Made by a program: the position numbers and the translations under genes
Notes under the pieces: model-generated
What the model saw: only the letters and a program-made list of their open reading frames with translations
Databases searched by the model: none
Told to the model about the DNA's origin: nothing
Assembly: GCA_963575745.1 (NCBI GenBank)
Contig: CAUYUJ010000067.1
Coordinates: 1 to 64,000 of the forward strand
From: Prorocentrum cordatum
Taxonomy: Eukaryota
Reading direction: 5' to 3'
DNA: 64,000 nt
Part shown: piece after piece, positions 1-13,042 of the stretch
Numbering within the stretch: position 1 is the stretch's first letter
Layout: every line of letters begins with the position of its first letter

Positions 1-1830
1 CGTCCTGGAGGGCTCTGGGGCCGTCTTGGAGGCCATCTTGAGCGTCTTGGAGGCCTCTTGGGCCGTCTTGGGGGCCTCTTGGGCCGTCTTTGGGGCCCCT
101 TGGGCGTTCTTTGGGGGCACTTGGGCCGTCTCGGGCCGTCGGAAGGCCGAAAAGAAGCAAACGCCACAATCCTTCATACACTCATGGGAAATCCATGATT
201 TTGGCCTCTTCGGGCCTTCCTGGAGGCCCTCTTGGAGGCCTCTTGGCCCGTCTTGGGCCATCTTAGGGCCATCTTCGACCATTTTGGTGGGCTCCTGGGC
301 GTCTTAAGGCCTCCTGGGCCGTCTTGGGGCCCTCTTGGGGCCATCTTGGGGGCCTCTTGGGCCGTTCTGGGGCCATCTTGGCGGCCTCTTGCGCGATCTT
401 TGGGCGATCTTTGGGGGCTCTTGGGCCGTCTCGGGCCGTCGGAAGGCCGAAAAGAAGCAAATGTCAAAATCCTTCAAAAACCTTAGGACAATCAGTGTTT
501 TCGGCCTTTTCTGTCCTTCCTGGAGGCCCTCTTGGAGGCCTCTTGGGCCGTCTTGGGCCAGCTTCGAGCCAACTTCGGCCATCTTGGTGGGTTCCTGGCC
601 CGTCTGACTCCGTCGGGAGCCGTCGTGGGGGTCTCTCTGAACCCGTTTGGGGCCCTCTTGGGGCGCTTCAGGGCCGTCTTGGAGGCCATCCGGGGCGTCT
701 TGGAAGCCTCTTGGCCCGTCTTGGGGCCCTCTTGGGGCCGTCTTGTGGGCCTCTTGGGCCGTCGTAGGGGCCATCTTGGAGGCCTCGTGGGCGATCTTGG
801 GGCGATCTTGGGGGCCTCTTGGGCCGTCTTGAGCCGTCGGAATGCCACAGCACTTCAAAACCTCAAGGAAAATTAGTAATTTGGGCCTCTTCGGGCCCTC
901 CTTGAGGACCTCTTGGAGGCCTCTTGGGTCGTCTTGGGCCGTCTTGGAGGCTTCTTGGGCGAACTTGGAGGTTTCTTGGACTCTCTTGGGCCGTCTTGGA
1001 GGCCGTCTTGGACCATCTTGGGCGGACTTGGAGGCCATCTTGGACCATCTTGTAGGCCATCTTGAGCCGTCTTGGAGGATTTTTACTCGGATTGAGCACC
1101 TTCCCGGGACCCCGGCGGGACGCGCCGGAGGCCCAGGGGGGGTTCTTTTGGAAAAGCACCAAAACCGAAAGGGTCTAGCACGCCAGGCACCCCTGCGATG
1201 AATCGACAGCGGGCGGCGGATCGAGTGGCCTTTGGCCTATCCCGCCACAGTGCCTGGGTTGTGGGTCAGAGGCCTCTTGGATGTTCGTTTGGATATTGTG
1301 GGAGGCCTCTCGGGGGCCTCTTGGAAGCAGTTTTGAAGCCTCTTGGGGGCCGTTTGGGGGCCTTTTTTGAGCGTCTTTGGGGCCTCGTAGGGCCTTTAGG
1401 GGGCCTCTTGGGCTCTCTTGGGGGCCTCTTGGGGCCTCCTGGGGGCCTCCAGGGGGCTCGAATTGTCGATTCGTGAGGGGCCGTCTTGGGGCCCTTTTGG
1501 GCGATCTTAGGCGCCTCTTGCGCAGTTTTGGGGCCCTCTCGGACCGTCTTGGGGCCCTTTTGGGGGCCTCTTGGGCCGTCTTGGGGCGATCTTGGGCGCC
1601 TCTGGGGCCATCTTGGAGCGTCGGAAGCCCGAAAACGTGAGAACGCGAAGAACATAGAAGAATGAACATCAACGATTTTTGCCTCGGGTCCTCTTGGAGC
1701 GCTCTTGGGGCTTCTTTGGGGCCTCTTGGGCCATCTTGGGGCCATCTTGGGCATCGCAGGCCTGTTTGACTCTCTGGGGCGCTTTCTGGGGCCCTCTTGG
1801 CCCGTCTTGGGGCCCTATGACCTCTTGAAA
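1..1830 (+). repeat. GGCC(G/T/A)TCTTGG 10-11 bp satellite with recurring ~70 bp anchor blocks
   Basis: Near-continuous GGCCTCTTGG/GGCCGTCTTGG/GGCCATCTTGG units. The block gccgtcggaaggccgaaaagaagcaaa... recurs at ~135 and ~435, with variants at ~832 and ~1617. The ORFs here are low-complexity artefacts. Confidence 0.9.
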
Positions 1831-2249
1831 AGTCATGCGGGGCAGCCCAAGAGCGCGCGGGAACGCCCAGGAAATTTTGGATTTTGAGGCCCAAGCCCGT
1901 AGAATACTATAATCCCAGAGGCCTGTGCACAGAGAATAGAGGACACACGAGGACCTGGAGGACACTCCACTCCGCGCCTCGCGTCACGCTGGCGGAGCCA
2001 GGAGGAGAAGGAGCGGAGGAGGACCGCGGGCCGCTTCCGCGGGGGCGAGCCAGGGCCGGGGCCGGGGCCAGGGCCGAGGCCGGCCGGGGCCGAGGCCGGG
2101 GCGCAGGGCCAGGGCTGGGCTGCAAGGGCCAGGTCCGCGGGCGGGCGCCCGGGCCAGGGCCGGGGCGTTGGAGGGCCAGGGTGAAGTCGGGCCTGTCCCC
2201 CTACGGGGAGGTTCTCGACGAAGAATTCAGGATACCCCAGAAATAATCA

Positions 2250-2640
2250 AATGATACCGGAGAAAAAACCCAATCAGGGCTATAGGGCTATGAGGGTTAT
2301 GAAGCTATAGGGCTATAGAGCTATAGGGCTATGGAGTTGTAGGGCTATATGGCTATTGGGCCATAGGGCTATAGGGCTATAGGGCTTAGGGCTATAGGGC
2401 TATAGGGCACCCCCGGGCACGCCCGGGCACCCCCGGGCACGCCTGGGCACGCCCGGGCACCCGGGCACCCGGGCACCTGGGCCCCCCCGGGCACCCCCCG
2501 GGCACCCGGGCCCCGGGCACCCCCGGGCACTCGGGCACCCGGGCGTGCAGCGAAAATCGGCGACAAACCTAACCTAACCATATATGATACCGGAGAAAAC
2601 CCCAATCAGGGCTATAGGGCTAGGGGGCTATAGAGCTATA
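2250..2640 (+). repeat. ~335 bp composite tandem unit (GGGCTATA 8-mers + CCCGGGCA repeats); second copy interrupted at 2640
   Basis: tgataccggagaaaa...caatcagggctat occurs at ~2251 and ~2585. The second unit stops at ...gagctata (2640) and resumes at 22422. Confidence 0.85.
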
Positions 2641-4727
2641 CTTGGCGCTGATTCAAACGAGTGCACTTCCAGTGCGCTTCGTCATTGCGCGTGCTGAATA
2701 GAGCTTCGAGGTTTGATTCCCCTCCCCTACCCCCCTGGGGCGGGCTTTTCCTCCCTGCCTCGTTCTCTGCTTGATTCGTTATTCTACTTCGTAGTCGTGG
2801 AGCGCTTCCTTCTTCTGCTTCGCGATCGCGGGGCGCCTCGCTGTTCTGCTTCACAGTCGTGCTGCGCCCTGTTTTCACCGCCCGCCGCCGCGCGGATGCT
2901 ACCCTCAAGTTGATTGCTGGTTGCTGCTGATAGGGTGTGCCGGCCCATTCGATATCGCATGCTTCCGGGAAGCTCGCGGGGAATTTCTGCCTGGCGCCCC
3001 CTTTGCACGAGGGGTTTAACGGAGACGCGATAGCTTGCACCACATATTCGTGTCCACTGTTTATGACGACCTGTTTGCGCAGTGCTTCTGAAGACATGTT
3101 TGCCCAGCGCGAGTCCGGCTCCAGGGCCATTGCAGATTTTCGAGGCCGCGCCTTTGAACCCCGCTCTGAGTGCCACGTGTTCCACCCCTCCCTCCCTTTC
3201 TCTGCCCTGCATACCCTGTCTCGGCAAGATGAGCTTCGATCCAATTTTTGTCGCAATTCCGTGCGATGCCGACAGTTGTCGCTCGAGGGTGCCATTTGCA
3301 CATCAAGTCCCTCGTCTTCCTCTTCCCCCTCCTTCTCCCCCCCCCATTCCTCTCCTCCTTCCCCCGCGTAGGGTTGACATGCATAACGCAAGGGCCGTTG
3401 ACCGAATGCTTGCCCCGACGGCTGCTCACGAAATGTTTGCCCCTGCGCGTGTACCGTATGCTTTCATCGCGTGGTAGGCTGAGCGAGCTGGGGGGTCCAT
3501 CGCGCTGTCCGCCCCCATCTTCCCCCGCCAAAAATGCCAAGCGCGAGTGCCCCTACGCGCTTGTTGCCGGGAAGTTGCGCTGACTGCTGCCCCGTCGTCG
3601 TCGTCGTCGTCGTCAAGGTCGTCGTCGTCGTCGTCGTCGTCGTCGTCCGCCCCCGTCGGCCAGAACCCGATTGAAATGGGCCCCCGGAACCCTCCCGGGG
3701 TCCGAGCGCACAAGTTTTCCGCGCCGCGTCCGGCCGCGACGAGGAGAGCCGCCAGGGGCCAGAGGATCTCGATCCTCGAGGCTTGAGGCTCGAACCTGGA
3801 CGTCGGTGGCCGTTCGGGATGACTCCGGCGCCCCCGGGACGCAGTTTGTCGGTCCCGATCGATTTCTGACGGCCCTGGGTCCCGAAAGTGGTTCCCGCAG
3901 GCTACGACGCCGGAAGCCCGCCTCGAACTTCGAACCTCAGGGGTCGACGAAAATAGCTGGCGTCATCGGAGACGCGGCCATCTCGTCCGCCACAGCGGCG
4001 GCAGCCCAACTCCACGGGTTTCAGGCGGTGGGCGTGAGCGCGGCCCCCCCGAGCTCAGCCCACGCGCCGCTTCCGCGCGGGCGTCTTTGTAAGATTTGGG
4101 CGTCTTCGGCGCCGGGAACGGAAGGGGGGGTTCGAATCTCGAGGATCGAAGTTCGACGAGCTTTTTGTCGTTTTACGCCTCTGGAAGCCGCTTTCGGGCC
4201 CCGGGATCGTCGAAAATCGATCCATGGTGAAAAACTGCTTCGGAGGGACCCTGGGAAGGGCCCGGGGGCCGATTTTAATTCGATTTCGGTCATCCTGGGA
4301 AGAGGAGGGGGAGGGCGACGACGAGGGCGAGGAGGACGAGGAGGACGAGGAGGGCGAGGGTTGGACATGACTGGGCGCTCCCGTAAGTTGACCCGGGTCG
4401 TTCGAATGTGTTTCGCAAATATTATTGGGAATCTCGTTCAAAGTAAACTCCGACCTCCCACCCCTCCAGCCCCCGCCGCAGCCGCCCGAAGACAAATAAT
4501 TTCAAATTGCGGCCGCGCCCCCAAATTTGAAGCATGCCCCTTTGCGTTGCCCGGGGCCCCCCAGGAATCCCAGGGGCCCCGGCGGATTCTGTTGGTTTGT
4601 GGAGGATTCCTCGAACCTTCCATCCTGGAGGATTCATTCCTGGGCGCTCTCTTGGAGCCGTTTCCAATCAGCGGATGGCGCACCAACCGACGCGCATACG
4701 CGCGCGCGTGGCGCGTGCTCACTACTG
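2641..4727 (+). repeat. Left terminal inverted repeat (~2.1 kb)
   Basis: Reverse complement of 20284-22421 throughout, including an internal (GTC)n tract, with scattered substitutions and a few indels. Confidence 0.9.
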
Positions 4728-6730
4728 TGTTGACCGCGCTTGAACAGTCGCCATGCTGGCCTGGAGACCCAAGTGAGCCCTGAGCGGTGACCGATTGGAT
4801 GTTGAACTTAACAGTGGTTCACCACCTATGAGCGAATTGGCATAACCAACGACGCGCGTGTGCGCGCGCGTGCTCAGCTGTATTGACCGCAATGGACCAC
4901 TCGCCATGTAGGCCTGGAAATTCAAATGAGCCCTCAGCGGTGACCGATTGGATTTTGAAGTGATGATGGGTTCACCACCTATCTGTGCATTGGCACAGCC
5001 AACGACGCGTGCGCGCGTGGCGCGTGCTTAGTTTTGTATTGGCCGCAGTAGAACACTTGCCATGATGGCCTGGAAAATCAAGCCAGCCCTTGGCGGTGAC
5101 CGTTTGGGTTGTGAAGTTCACATGGATTCGCCACCGATCAGTGAATTGGCACAGCCAGCGACGCGAGTACGCGCGCGCACGCGCGCGGTGCGCGTGATCA
5201 GTTCTGGCTTGACCGCAGTAGAACAGTCGCCATGTTGGCCTGGAAACGCAAGTGAGCCCTTAGCGGTGACCGATTGGATTTCGAGGTTGACACTGGTTCA
5301 CCGCTTATCAGCGACTTAGCACAGCCAACGACGCGCGCGTCGCGTGCTCAGTTCTGCATTGAGCGCAATAGAACAGTCACCATGTGGCCAGGAGGCTGAA
5401 GTGAGCCCTTAGCGGTAGCCGATTGGTTAACATGGCTCCACCGCGTGTCAGTGAATGGGCACAGCCAACGACGCGTGCGCGCACGCGCGTGCTCAGTTCT
5501 GTGGTTCGTCAAAGAACCGTGGCAATGTTGGCCTGGAGACTCAAGTGAGCCCTTAGCGGGGACCGATTTGATTTTGAAGTGAACATGGGTTCACCACCCA
5601 TCAGTGAATTGGCACAGCCAACGACGCGCGTACGCGCGCGCGCGTGGCGCGTGATCGGTTCTTGTATTGGCCGCAATAGAACAGTGGCCATTTGGGCCTG
5701 GAACCCCAAGTGGGCCCTTAGCGGTGACCGATTGGATTTTGAAGCGAACCTGGGCGCACAAACTATCAGTGCCTTGGCACAACCAACGGCGCGCGTACGC
5801 GCGCTTGACAAGGTGTCAGTTCTGTATTGACCGCAACAGAATAGTCGCCATGTTGTCCAGGAAACTCACGTGAGCCTTTAGCGGTGGCCGATTGGATTTT
5901 GAAGTTAACCTGCGTTTGTCACTTACCAGTGAATTTGCGCCGCCAGCGGCGTGCGCGCGCGCGTGGCGCGTGCTCAGTTCTGCATTCACCGCAAAAGAGC
6001 AGTCGCCATTTTGGCATGGAAAATCAAGTGAGCCCGTAGCGCTGACCGGTTGAATTTCGAAATGAACATGCGCCCACCACTTATCACTGGATTGGCACAT
6101 CAAATGACGCGCGCGCGTGGCGCGAGCTCAGTTCTGCATCGACAGCAATACAGGCGCCACGTTGGTCAGGAGACTCAAGTGAGACTTTAGCGGCAGCCAA
6201 CGACGCGCGCGCGCGTGGCGAGCGCTCAATTCTGTACTGGCCGCACTAGAACAGTCGCAATGTTGGACTGGAAGCTCAAGTGAGCCCTTAGCGGTGACCG
6301 ATCGGATGTTGAAGTTAGGGTGGGTTTTATCTGTGAAGAATTGGCACAGGGGGCTCGTGCTCACTTCTGTATCGGCCGCACCATAAGAATCGCCACGTTG
6401 GCCGGGAAGCTCAAGTGAGCCCTGAGCGGTGACCGATTAGATTTTAATGTTAGCATGGGTTCGCTATCTACCAGTGAATTGGCACAGCCAACGACGCGCG
6501 CACGCGCGCGCGTGGCGCGTGCTCGGTTCTGCATTGGCCGCAATGGACGGTCGCCATGTTGGCTTGGAAACTCAAGTGAGGCCTCCGCGGTGGCCGGTTT
6601 TATTTTATAGTGAACATGGGTTCACCACCTGTCAGTGAATTGGCACAGCCAACGTCGCGCGCGCGCGCCCGTGGCGCGCACTCTCTTCTGCATTGATCAC
6701 AATAGAACAGTCGCCATGCTGGCCTGGAAA
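4690..6730 (+). repeat. Tandem satellite A, ~150-165 bp unit, ~13 copies
   Basis: gcggtgaccgattgg-type motif recurs at ~4784, 4937, 5093, 5263, 5412, 5556, 5721, 5881, 6039, 6291, 6427, 6587. Each unit has a (CG)n run and caatagaacagtcgccatgttggcctggaaa. Confidence 0.9.
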
Positions 6731-7006
6731 CATCATAGGGGTCACTACATCACCAGGGACAACGCCAAGAAAACAACGTCGACGACGCACGGGGGCATCA
6801 ACGCTAGGGGGGTGGAAGCCAAAACTCGCGACGGGGGCCCGCGAGAGAAAGGGTAACTGGGCAAAACAAAAAACAACGACGACGGCATCCCGGGCGGCAA
6901 ACACATTCGAAAAAAAAACGACGAAGAGACTCTCCCCGAACACTTCCCTGAATCTCCTACTTGCACTTGGGTTTTGCACTAGGGCGTTAAAGAAAAGGAA
7001 TTGCAC

Positions 7007-7007
7007 A

Positions 7008-7048
<41 letters not shown>

Positions 7049-7164
7049 CACTACTACTACCACTTGTACTAAGGAGTTGTACCAGGGAGATGCGCTAGGG
7101 AGCTGTACAATGGATATGAAGTGGTACTACCAGGGGGCCAGGGAGTTGTGCTAGGGAGTTGTGT

Positions 7165-7206
<42 letters not shown>

Positions 7207-7220
7207 CACTACTACCACTA

Positions 7221-7257
<37 letters not shown>

Positions 7258-7361
7258 GACTACTACTACTACTACTACTACTGCTACTTCTACGCCTACT
7301 ACGACTACTAGCACTACTACTTCTACTGTTACTGCTACTACTACTACTACTACGGCAACTA

Positions 7362-7393
<32 letters not shown>

Positions 7394-7402
7394 ACGACTA
7401 CG

Positions 7403-7447
<45 letters not shown>

Positions 7448-7501
7448 TACCAACCTACCTACCTACCTACCTACCTACCTACCTACCTACCTACCTACCT
7501 A

Positions 7502-7554
<53 letters not shown>

Positions 7555-7645
7555 GACTACTATTACGACTACTACTACTCCGACTACTCCTACGACTACT
7601 ACGACGACTACTACTACTACTACTACTACTACTACGACTGCTACT
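7007..7645 (+). repeat. (CTA)n microsatellite with (CGACTA)n and (CCTA)n sub-tracts
   Basis: Directly visible; source of the poly-T/poly-V/poly-L pseudo-ORFs. Confidence 0.95.
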
Positions 7646-7661
7646 TGTACTTGGGAGTCGT

Positions 7662-8625
7662 ATGGCCAACATGGCGACCTGTCCATTGTCGACAACGCTG
7701 GAATCCTCACGCGGTGCGCGCGCACGCGCGCGGGGCGTCTGTAGTGGCCATGACAGAGACCGTACTGAAGAAGCCAGGTTACCTCCGAAACGCAATCATT
7801 CACCGCTAAGGGGTCACTTTAGTTTCCAGGCCAACATGGCGGCTTTTCCATTGTCGACAATAAGGAAAGCCTCACGCGGCGCGCGCGCCCGCGGGGAGTC
7901 TGTAGCGGCCATGACAGAGGTCGTGCGCAAGAAGCCATGTGACCTCGGAAATCACGGCGGTCACCGCTCAGGGCCCAGTTTAGTTTCCAGGCCCAAATAG
8001 CGACTTTTCCATTGTCGACAATGAGGAAATCCCCACGCGGTGCGCGCGCGCACGAGGGGAGTCTGTAAGTTAGTGGCCATGAAAGAGTACATGCGCAAGA
8101 AGCCAGGTTACCTCGGAAATGCAACCGGTCACTGCTAAGGGGCCACTTTAGTGTCCAGGCCAACATGGCGACTTGTCCATTGTCGACATAAGGAAAGTCC
8201 TGACGCGGCGCGCGCGCGCTGGGAGCCTGTGGAGGCCATGACAGAGAACATGCACAAGAAACCATGTCACCTCCCAAATCCAATCGGTCACCGCGAAGGG
8301 GCCACTATACTTTCCAGGGCAACATTGCGACTTTTCCATTGCCGACAGTAAAAAATCCCCACGCGGCGCGCGCGCGCGTGGGGAATCAGTGGTGGCCATG
8401 GCAGAGAACATACACAATAAGCAACGTTGCCTCGGAAATCCCATCGGCAAGCGCTAAGGGCAACTTTAGTTTCCAGGCCAACATAGCGACATCTCCATTG
8501 GCGACAATAAGGAAAGCCTTACGCGGCGCGCGCGCGGGCAGTCTGTGGTGGCCATGACAGAGAGCATCTACAAGAAACCATGTCACCTCGGAAATCCAAT
8601 CGGCCCCGCTACGGGGCCACCTTAG
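7662..8625 (-). repeat. Tandem satellite B, ~160 bp unit, ~6 copies; inverted relative of satellite A
   Basis: gccaacatggcg-type motif recurs at ~7665, 7830, 7991, 8159, 8318, 8476. Its ccaatcggtcaccgctaaggg...tttccaggccaacatggcgac is the reverse complement of the satellite A core. Confidence 0.85.
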
Positions 8626-8930
8626 TATCCAATGATGGGGGTCCTCCCATGTCTTGATCTCCGTTCTGGTTTATTTTCAAAGAACGTTCGCCGCCGCACC
8701 GTCGGTTTTGCTTGGCCGGCGCGGCACATCCATCTATCTGCGTATACCCCCCCGGGCGCCGTCGGACCGATGCGTCTGCGCAAACTTTGTTGATCTGTCT
8801 GCCCCAACCCAGGCGCCGTCGCACCCTCGGCTTTGCTTCGCCGGTGGCGTCCATCCATGCATCTATCTGTGCCGCGCCCGGTCGCCGTCGCACGGGCGCA
8901 GACTTGCATGCGACCGCACCGGCGCATTCC

Positions 8931-11570
8931 ATTGTGGACAATGCAGAACTCAGACGCGCGCGCGCGCGACAGAGTTCTGCATTGTCAATAATAGAACCGG
9001 TGACATGTATTCCCAAAAACTGAATTCAAAAGTTCTGTGGCTCTTTAAGGGGGCCGACGGACGCGTCGACCTTTCTATTGTGGACCATACAGAACTCAGA
9101 CGCGCGCGCGCGACAGAGTTCTGTATTGTCCACATTAGCAAAGTCGACATGTAATTCCAAAAGCTGAATTCAAAATTTCTGTGGCTCCTTAAGGGGGCAG
9201 ACGGAAGCGTCGACTTTTCTGGTGTGGACATAACATCACTCAGACGCGCACGCGCTGACTTCTGCATCGCCACCTCGGCATAGTCGACATGTAACTCCAA
9301 CAAATGAATTCAAAATTTCTGTGGCTCTTCAAGGAGGCCGACGGACGCGTCGACTTTTCTATAGTGGGAGATACAGAGCTCCGACGCGTGCGCGCGCGCG
9401 CAACAGAGTTCTGAATCGTCCACAATAGAGAAGTCGACATGTAATTCCAAAAACTGGAGACAAAATTTCTATGGCTTTTGAAAAGGGCGACGGACGCGTC
9501 GACTTTTCTATTGTGGGCAATACAGAACTCAGACGCGCGCGCGACAGAGTTCTGTATTGTCCACAATAGAAGCCGATGTGTAGTTCCAAAAACTGAATTC
9601 AAAATTTCTGTGGCTCTTTAAGGAGGCCGACGGACGCGTACACATTTCTAGTGTGGACAATACAAGACCCAGAGGCGCGCGCGACAGAGTCCTGTGTTTG
9701 TCCAGAATATAAAAGTCGACATGTGATTACAAAAATGGGATTCACAATTTCTGTGGCTCCTTAAGGGGGCCGACGGACGCGTCGACTTTTCTATCGTGGA
9801 CAATGCAAAACTCAGACGCGCGCGCGCGCGCGCGATATAGTTCTGTATTGTCCACAATAGAAAAGTCGACATGTAGTTCCAAAAACTGAATTCAAAATTT
9901 CTGTGGCTCTTTAAGGAGGCCGACGGACGCGTCGACTTTTCTAGCGTGGACAATACAGAACTCAGACGCGCGCGCGCGCGCGAGCGCGACAGAGTTCTGT
10001 ATTGTCCAGAATAGAAAAGTCGACATGTAGTTCCAAATGCTGAACTCAAAATTTCTGTTGCTCTTTAAGGGGGCCGACGGACGAGTCCACTTTCTATTGT
10101 GGACAATGCAGAACTCAGACGCGCGCGCGCGCGACAGGGCTCTGTAGTGTCCATGCTAGAAAAGGTGATATGTTCTCCAAAAACTGATTTCAAAATTTCT
10201 GTGGCTCTTTTAAGGGGGCCGACGGACACATCCATATTTCTAGCGTGGACAATACAGAACTCAGACGCGCGCGCCAAAGAGTTCTGAATCGTCCGCAATA
10301 GAGAAGTCGGCATGTAATTTTCAAAAACTGGATTCAAAATGTCTGTGGCTTTTTAAGGAGGCCGACGGACGCGTCCACATTTCTAGCGTGGACAATACAG
10401 GACTCAGACGCGCGCGCGCGACAGAGTTCTGCATTGTCCACAATAGAAAAGTCGACATGTAGTTCCAAAAACTGAATTCAAAATTTCTGTGGCTCTTTAA
10501 GGAGGCCGACGGACGCGTCGACTTTTCTAGCGTGGACAATAAAGAACTCAGACGCGCGCGCGCGCGACATAGTTCTGTATTGTCCACAATAGAAAAATCC
10601 ACATTTAGTTCCAAATACTGAACTCAAAATTTATGTGGCTTTAAGGGGGCCGACGGACGCGTCGGCTTTTCTATTGTCGACAATACAGAACTCAGACGCG
10701 CGCGCGCGACAGAGTTCTGTATTGTCCACAATAGAATAGGTGACATGTACCTCCAAGAACTGAATTGAAAATCTCTGTTGCTTTTTAAGAAGGCAGACGG
10801 ACTCCTCCACATTTCTAGCGTGAACAATACAGAACTCAGACGTGCGCGCGCTCGCGACAGAGTTCTGTATTGTCCACAATATAGAAGTCGACATGTGATT
10901 CCAAAAAACTGAATTCAAACTTTCTGTGGCTCTTTAAGGAGGCCGACGGACGCGTCGATTTTTGTAGTGTGGACAATACAGAAATCGGGCGCGCGCGCGA
11001 CAGAGTTCTGTATTGTCCACAGTAGCATAGTCGACATGTAACTCAAAAAAACTGAATTCAATTTTTCTGTTGCTCATTAAGGAGGCAGACGGACACGTCG
11101 CTTTTCTCTAGTGTGGACATTACGCAACTCAGACGCGCGCGCGACAGAGTTCTGTATTGTCCGCATAGGCGACATGTAATTCCAAATGCTGAATTCAACA
11201 TATCCGTGGCTCTTAAATGAGGCCGACGGACGCGTCGACCTTTCTTTTGTGGACAATGCAGAACTCAGACGCGCGCGCGCACGCGCGACACAGTTGTGTA
11301 CTGTCCACAATAGAGTAGGTGACATGCATTTCCAAAAACTGACTTCAAAATGTCTGTGGCTCTTCAAGGAGGCCGACGGACGCGTCCACATTTCTAGTGT
11401 GGACAATACAAAACTCAGACGCGCGCGCGCGCGCGAACGCGACAGAGTTCTGTATTGTCCACAATAGAAAAGTCGACATGTAATTCCAAAAACTGAATTC
11501 AAAAATTCTGTGGCTCTTTAAGGAGGCTGGCGGACGCGTCGACCTTTCTAGTGTGGACAATACAGAATTC
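8931..11570 (+). repeat. Tandem satellite C (array 1), ~145 bp palindromic unit, ~18 copies
   Basis: ggccgacggacgcgtcg recurs every ~143-150 bp. Each unit contains the IR GTCGACTTTTCTATTGTGGACAATACAGAACTC-(aga(cg)n aca)-GAGTTCTGTATTGTCCACAATAGAAAAGTCGAC. Confidence 0.95.
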
Positions 11571-11699
11571 ATGGCAACGATGGACCGCCGAGGCGCTCGG
11601 ATTGCACTTCCGCGCGCCTGCGCGCCCTTGAAGGCACCGCAGGGCCCCTTCGGTGGCCCGTAGGCTGCCGCGCGGCAGCGAAGGCTCGCATGTTGGCAA

Positions 11700-12090
11700 G
11701 TGTGTCGCTAGCCACGACGCAAGCGCACTCGCTGGAATCAGCGCCGCGCTGCCTCCAGCGAGTGCGCTTACGGCGTGGCTAGCGACACACCAGCCCGGGC
11801 CGGCGTGTCGCTAGCCACGCCGCAAGCGCACTCGCTGGAATCAGCGCCGCGCTGCCTCCAGCGAGTGCGCTTACGGCGTGGCTAGCGACACACCGGCCCG
11901 GGCCGGTGTGTCGCTAGCCACGCCGCAAGCGCACTCGCTGGAATCAGCGCCGCGCTGCCTCCAGCGAGTGCGCTTACGGCGTGGCTAGCGACACACCGGC
12001 CCGCTGCCTCCAGCGAGTGCGCTTACGGCGTGGCTAGCGACGCCGTAAGCGCACTCGCTGGAATCAGTCGCTGCATTCGCTAGCGCTGAC
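11700..12090. repeat. 103 bp palindromic tandem repeat (3 full copies plus partial)
   Basis: gtgtcgctagccacgccgcaagcgcactcgctgga-atcagcgccgcgctgcc-tccagcgagtgcgcttacggcgtggctagcgacac repeats at ~11702, 11805, 11908. Confidence 0.9.
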
Positions 12091-12827
12091 ACGGCGCATT
12101 CGCGCCAGTAGGGCGATTGTGGGCCATTGCGCAGCTGCGCCGATAGGCGGGCGCATTCGCTTGATTCAGCGCTCCAGGATGGCCAGCAAGAGCGATGACG
12201 TGTCGCTGGAGCGGGGGGGCTGCCCCCCCACCGTAGCGACACTCCGGTCCGGTACTGAGTGTCGCTCGGCCCTTCCCTGTTGCAGTGTTGGCGCGACACC
12301 CAATGGCGAGGGAAAATGAGAGGGGAGTCCACACTGCAGCGCGGGAGGGCCGAGCGACACTCAGCACCGGACCTGAGTGTCGCTACGGCGGGGGGGCCGC
12401 CCCCCTGCTCTAGCGACGCCATTTTTTTTCAATCGACGTGGTTGGCTTGCTTGGGCCGCTGAATCGAACAAGTGCGCTTTGGCATGACCTGGCGGACATC
12501 AACCCAGCCCGCTCTCCGTCTCTTTCTTGCCCTGTTTCGCACCCTCCACTTTCCCGGCCATTCACCCTATCTCCTCACGCAGTGCTTGCACTTAGGGGTT
12601 CTTACTTCTGTTCTAAGGAACTGGGCCTGTGGGCTGGTCTGGCGGCTCCCTGCCGGCCGTCGCCGCCCCGTCGCCGCCTCGTCGCCGCCCGTCGTCTGGG
12701 CCGGTGTGCCGGCCTTGCGGTTCCGTGCCGGCCGTCGCCGCCCCGTCGCCGCCGGTTGCCTGGGCCTGTGCGTCGGTGTGGCGGCTCCAGGCTGGCCGTC
12801 GCCGCTCCGTCGCCACATCGTCGCCGC

Positions 12828-12998
12828 CCACAGAGATTGCACGACATAGACTTGCCCACATAGCTTGCCCACATAGATTGCACCACATAGGTTGCACAAC
12901 ATAGATTGCCCCACATAGAATGCACCACATAGCGTACACCGCGTAGAGTGCACCACAGGTATTGCGCCACATGGATTGCACCACATAGGTTGTACCAC

Positions 12999-13042
<44 letters not shown>

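Noticed and set aside
2565..2579. AACCTAACCTAACC telomere-like repeat (also ~22668)
   Set aside because: Only 2-3 units, part of the tandem unit, and not the TTTAGGG telomere type.
2636..4783. ORFs within the TIRs (251 aa, 370 aa) as a transposase
   Set aside because: No DDE/D or DNA-binding motifs seen, and the frames are not preserved in the opposite TIR.
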